Of a DNA stretch of 64,000 nucleotides, positions 60,250-64,000 are shown one piece after another. How positions within the stretch are numbered: position 1 is the first letter of the stretch; each line of letters starts with the position of its first letter. The notes under the pieces are model-generated. The model was not told the DNA's origin. It did not search any database and worked only from the letters and a program-made list of their open reading frames with translations. This DNA is from Octopus sinensis (lineage: Eukaryota). The position numbers and the translations under genes were made by a program. The stretch lies in NCBI RefSeq assembly GCF_006345805.1, contig NC_043014.1, positions 744,001 to 808,000 on the forward strand. Reading direction: 5' to 3'.

Positions 60250-60480
60250 TGTAATAGTGAAATAGTGTAAGAGATAAGCGATTGCTCTTGGCTCGCATTA
60301 GGCAAGAAGTTGAAAACTATTTTGGCCTGCAGGGATCCTACGTAAGGCACGTGTAAAATTTGAATGAAATCAGTTGTATAGTTCTCGAGTTTTAGGCATT
60401 CACACAGACAGACAGACAGACATTCTCATCTTTATTTACACTAGCAGGCATACCCGGCGTTGCTCGTGGCTGATTGTTAG
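60250..60480 (+). mobile_element. Helitron/Helentron-type non-autonomous element ends (Lep1/HINE-like)
   Basis: aaatttgaatgaaatc...(gaca)n...attctcatctttatt directly followed by the typical start actagcag...tacccggcgttgctcg. Confidence 0.55.
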
Positions 60481-60599
60481 TATGCCTGTTTGGTTATAAG
60501 ACCATTCACAGATGCACTTCTGAACTGAATGAAAGAAATCCTAATAGCAGATGTTCCTTGCGTTGTTTGATTTATTTAGAATAATGTTTGTCACTCAAA

Positions 60600-60873
60600 C
60601 CCTCTTTCATGGGCCGAAGAGATGATAGTCCAGTGATGAGGAAGTGGAAACTGTAGTGAAGAAGCGGCTCAAAGAACAGTCAACAGAATTTTACAGGGAA
60701 GAGATGCTCTCATTTGAAGGAGGAACATTGCTATTGAGAGAAACGGTGACTATGTTGAGAAGTAGGGATGTGATCCACAGAGGACCAGCTTCATTTTGAT
60801 GTATGAGTCATGTTCTTGTGTTGGTAATTATACCTGTTCTAAACAAAATGGCTTTTCTTTTTGACTCACCCTC

Positions 60874-60876
<3 letters not shown>
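60600..60876 (+). mobile_element. mariner transposase C-terminal remnant with right TIR
   Basis: DEEVETVVKKRLKEQSTEFY...IAIERNGDYVEK*; ends ttttgactcaccctcg|TA. Confidence 0.8.
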
Positions 60877-60917
<41 letters not shown>

Positions 60918-61294
60918 ATCATCATCATCATCATCATCAGTTAACATCTGCTTTCCATGCTGGGTCAGCCAGTTTGACTGGAACTGGTAAGCTGGAGGGT
61001 TCCAGTCTGATTCAGCATAGTTTCTACAGCTGGATGCCCTTCCTAACACCAACAACTCCAAGAGTCTTGTAGGTGCTTTTAACGTGCCACCAGCACGGGT
61101 GCCATTTACCTGACACCATCAGTGGTCATCACTATTTCATGGGCGCCATTCCCAAGACACTGGCAACGCCAATAACCATGATTTCACTTGACTTGACAAG
61201 GCTTCTCAATACATACATACCTATATATATCTATTGAATGTCATGGGAACAGAAATTATATATACACATACACATATATATCTGCATATGTATG

Positions 61295-61327
<33 letters not shown>

Positions 61328-61934
61328 CCATACATATATATATATATATACACACACACATACATACATATATGTGTGTGCATTTGTGTACATTTTTATG
61401 TTTGTTTAACCTGCTCATGTATGAACATGTTCACTGGAAAACTATGGACAGATATTTATGCAATTTATGTATGTCTATGTATACATACAGACAGACAGAT
61501 AAACAGATGGTGCACTTCACAAGTTTTACAACTTGTGAATTGCTTTCACAAATGCATAATATATGGGTACATACCATGTACTTAAGCAGCTTGTGGTGCC
61601 CACATGCATGTCTCCACGTCTAATGCATTGTTCATGTATGCACATATGTATATGAGAGTATAGTTATGTATATATGTCTATAATGCAACACTGATGATGA
61701 TTTGGAAGTATATATAATCATGGTGTGTGTGTGGCTACTCTTGCATCGCCATTCTAAACTTGTAATGTACCCGCGCCCCTCCCCCATAAAGACTGTATGG
61801 TACTGAAGAAAATTGTAATTACAATTGTAATCCATGCTGCAGCCTGTACCTGCACCAACTTACACTAGGCTGCTAAAATCTTTCCAGGTGCTGAAAACAT
61901 CCCCATAGTCTCCCTCCTAGGCTTCTTATAATTC

Positions 61935-63335
61935 ATAAGATCAGAGCTGCCACAATCAACAGCAGTACATTGAAACATAGGTTCAGTGAGATTGTTGAAA
62001 TGCTTGAGCAGAGGCATGTAAATGTGTGTTGTGTGCAAGCCTCAGGTAAGCTGCTCACATGAAAAAGACATAAGTTCTTCTGGATGGGAAGTAATGATGG
62101 ATTAGATGGCATAGGTATTCTTTTGGCAGAGAAATGGGTGAATAAGGTGAGTGAGGTAGTCAGGCTGTGTGATAGAATTATTAAGCTAAGATTTAAAATA
62201 ACAATGTCAATCTTTGCATATGCTCCGTGTGTCAGACTCACAGATGTTCAGAAGGACTGTTTCTATGAAATCCTTCTGCAGATTACCTTAACAATGATAG
62301 ATAATAATGTTCTCATTGTGGCAGAGGACTTCAATGACCACAGTAGAAAACACTCTGATGGTTTTCATGGTGTACACGAAGGCTAAGGCTTTTGTTTCCA
62401 AAGAGAGTGGGAAACAAAGCAGTTGGAGTTTTGTGATGCAAATGACTTAATGGTTTGCAATACCAACTCCAGGAAACCTGCCAGCCGCCTGATGACTTAT
62501 CAGTCTTATGGGTGCACTAACAAGGCTGACTGCATCCTCACCAGAAACAGGGACAGGTGGGTGCTCATGAATGCAAAGTCCTTCCCATGGGAAGACTGGA
62601 AGAGTAGAGGTAGCAAAGAACCATATCAGACAGCTAAAAGAGAAGCAAGGCATCAAGTATATCTGGCTAAAACAGAAGCAGAAAGGAAAAGCTTTGCCAA
62701 TGACCAACAGCATGAAGATCAGAAAGTTGAGATGTTCTGACCTGCCAGTCAGACTGCGCTGGTATGGTCATGTGATGTGTATGGACGAGGACAGCCCTGT
62801 AAAGAAGTGCTGATTTCTAACTGTGGAGGGAACCTGTGGAAGGGATAGTCCCAGGAAGACATGGGATGAGGTAATGAAGCATGATCTTTGACCAGTGGGC
62901 CTCATAGTGGCAATGACTAGTGACTGAGACCCTTAGCAATATGCCGTGCTTGAGAAGACCCATTGAGCCAAGTGAAATCCCAGATGTGGCCACTGCCAGT
63001 GTCACATACCTGGTACATAAAAAGCACCCATTGAACTTTGGGTCTCACAAAGGCAGTGACAAGGATTGACCCCTTTGGCAATGTAGTGTGCTTGAGAAGA
63101 CCTGTCAAGTCAAGTGAGATTATAGTCATGGCCAATGCAGGTATTTCATAATTGGTACCTGTGCAGGTGGGGTGAAAGGCACTACACTCGTTTGGTGTGG
63201 TTGGCATTAGGAAGGGCATCCAACTGTAGAAGCCATGCCAAACCAGATTGGAATTTAATGCAGCTTACCAGTTTTCAGTCAAACCATCCAACCCATGCCA
63301 ATATGGAAAGCGGATGTTAAATGATGATGATGATG
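61935..63335 (+). mobile_element. Internally deleted RTE LINE (endonuclease remnant joined to 3' end)
   Basis: GIGILLAEKW, AYAP, EDFN, EFCDANDLMVCNT, then LRWYGHVMCMDEDS and the 3' UTR. Confidence 0.88.
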
Positions 63336-63539
63336 ATATATATAACAAAACAATAAAATGGAAATTTTTTGGTATTGTTTCTTTTCCATTACACATGTTC
63401 CATTTGCTAATAGGAACTACAGACTTATGTGTTACATAAGCATGTAAAGAATTTCTTTTTAGTGATCTTAATATCATTTCCAACTTTCTACCAGAGAATT
63501 TTGAAAGTTGATCCTGCACTAATATCAACAAAGATAGGT

Positions 63540-63674
63540 GCAGGAGTGGCTGTGTGGTAAGAAGCTTGCTTCCCAACCAAATGGTTCTGGGTTCAGTCCC
63601 ACTGCGTGGCACCCTGGGCAAGTGTCTTGTGAGTGGATTTGGTAGACAGAAACTGAAAGAAGCCCACTGTATCT

Positions 63675-63709
<35 letters not shown>

Positions 63710-63958
63710 TCTCTCATCTCTCTCTATATATATATATGTATGTGTGTGTATTTGTTTGTGTGACTGTGTTGTCTCTTCCCAACATCGCTTGACAACCAAT
63801 GCTGGTGAGTTTATGTCCCTGTAACTTAGTGGTTCGGCAAAAGAGACCGATAGAATAAGTAATAGGCTTACAAAGAATAAGTCCTGGGATTGATTAGTTC
63901 GACTAAAGGCAGTGCTCCAGCATGGCTGCAGTCAAATGACTGAAACAAGTAACAGAAT
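63540..63958 (+). mobile_element. tRNA-derived SINE (family B)
   Basis: Colinear with 16729-17107 apart from a short internal deletion. Confidence 0.85.
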
Positions 63959-64000
63959 AAAATAATATGTGTGTATATATATATATATATAAAATTAATC

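Overview
Repeat-dense, AT-rich animal genomic DNA. The SINE/LINE families look like those I recognise from Octopus (coleoid cephalopod); this is an inference and was not searched. Two spliced genes, largely missed by the ORF track, were reconstructed by hand from GT-AG sites with consistent phases. (1) A complete 9-exon C8orf76-like TPR protein gene on the minus strand (41665->20386, 357 aa) with a His-rich internal repeat. (2) The 3' part of an unidentified plus-strand gene (exons 8224-8448, 10043-10072, 18653-18673, 19735-19808) encoding a Gly/acidic linker, built from symmetric phase-1 exons including two microexons, and ending in a GPI-anchor-like tail. The two genes converge, with stop codons 577 bp apart. 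The rest is RTE LINE fragments (one family has a PHD-like finger inside RT), a nearly intact CR1-type ORF2, Tx1/L1-like and RLE-type fragments, three tRNA-derived SINE families, piggyBac/hAT/mariner/Helitron-like remnants, mini/microsatellites, a 625-bp tandem duplication and a perfect 312-bp palindrome. The most notable non-coding signals are four hammerhead-ribozyme-like motifs in Penelope/retrozyme-like repeats (one in the sense strand of a C8orf76 intron) and a SINE/CR1 shared 3' tail whose hairpin shows compensatory changes. Repeat boundaries are approximate.
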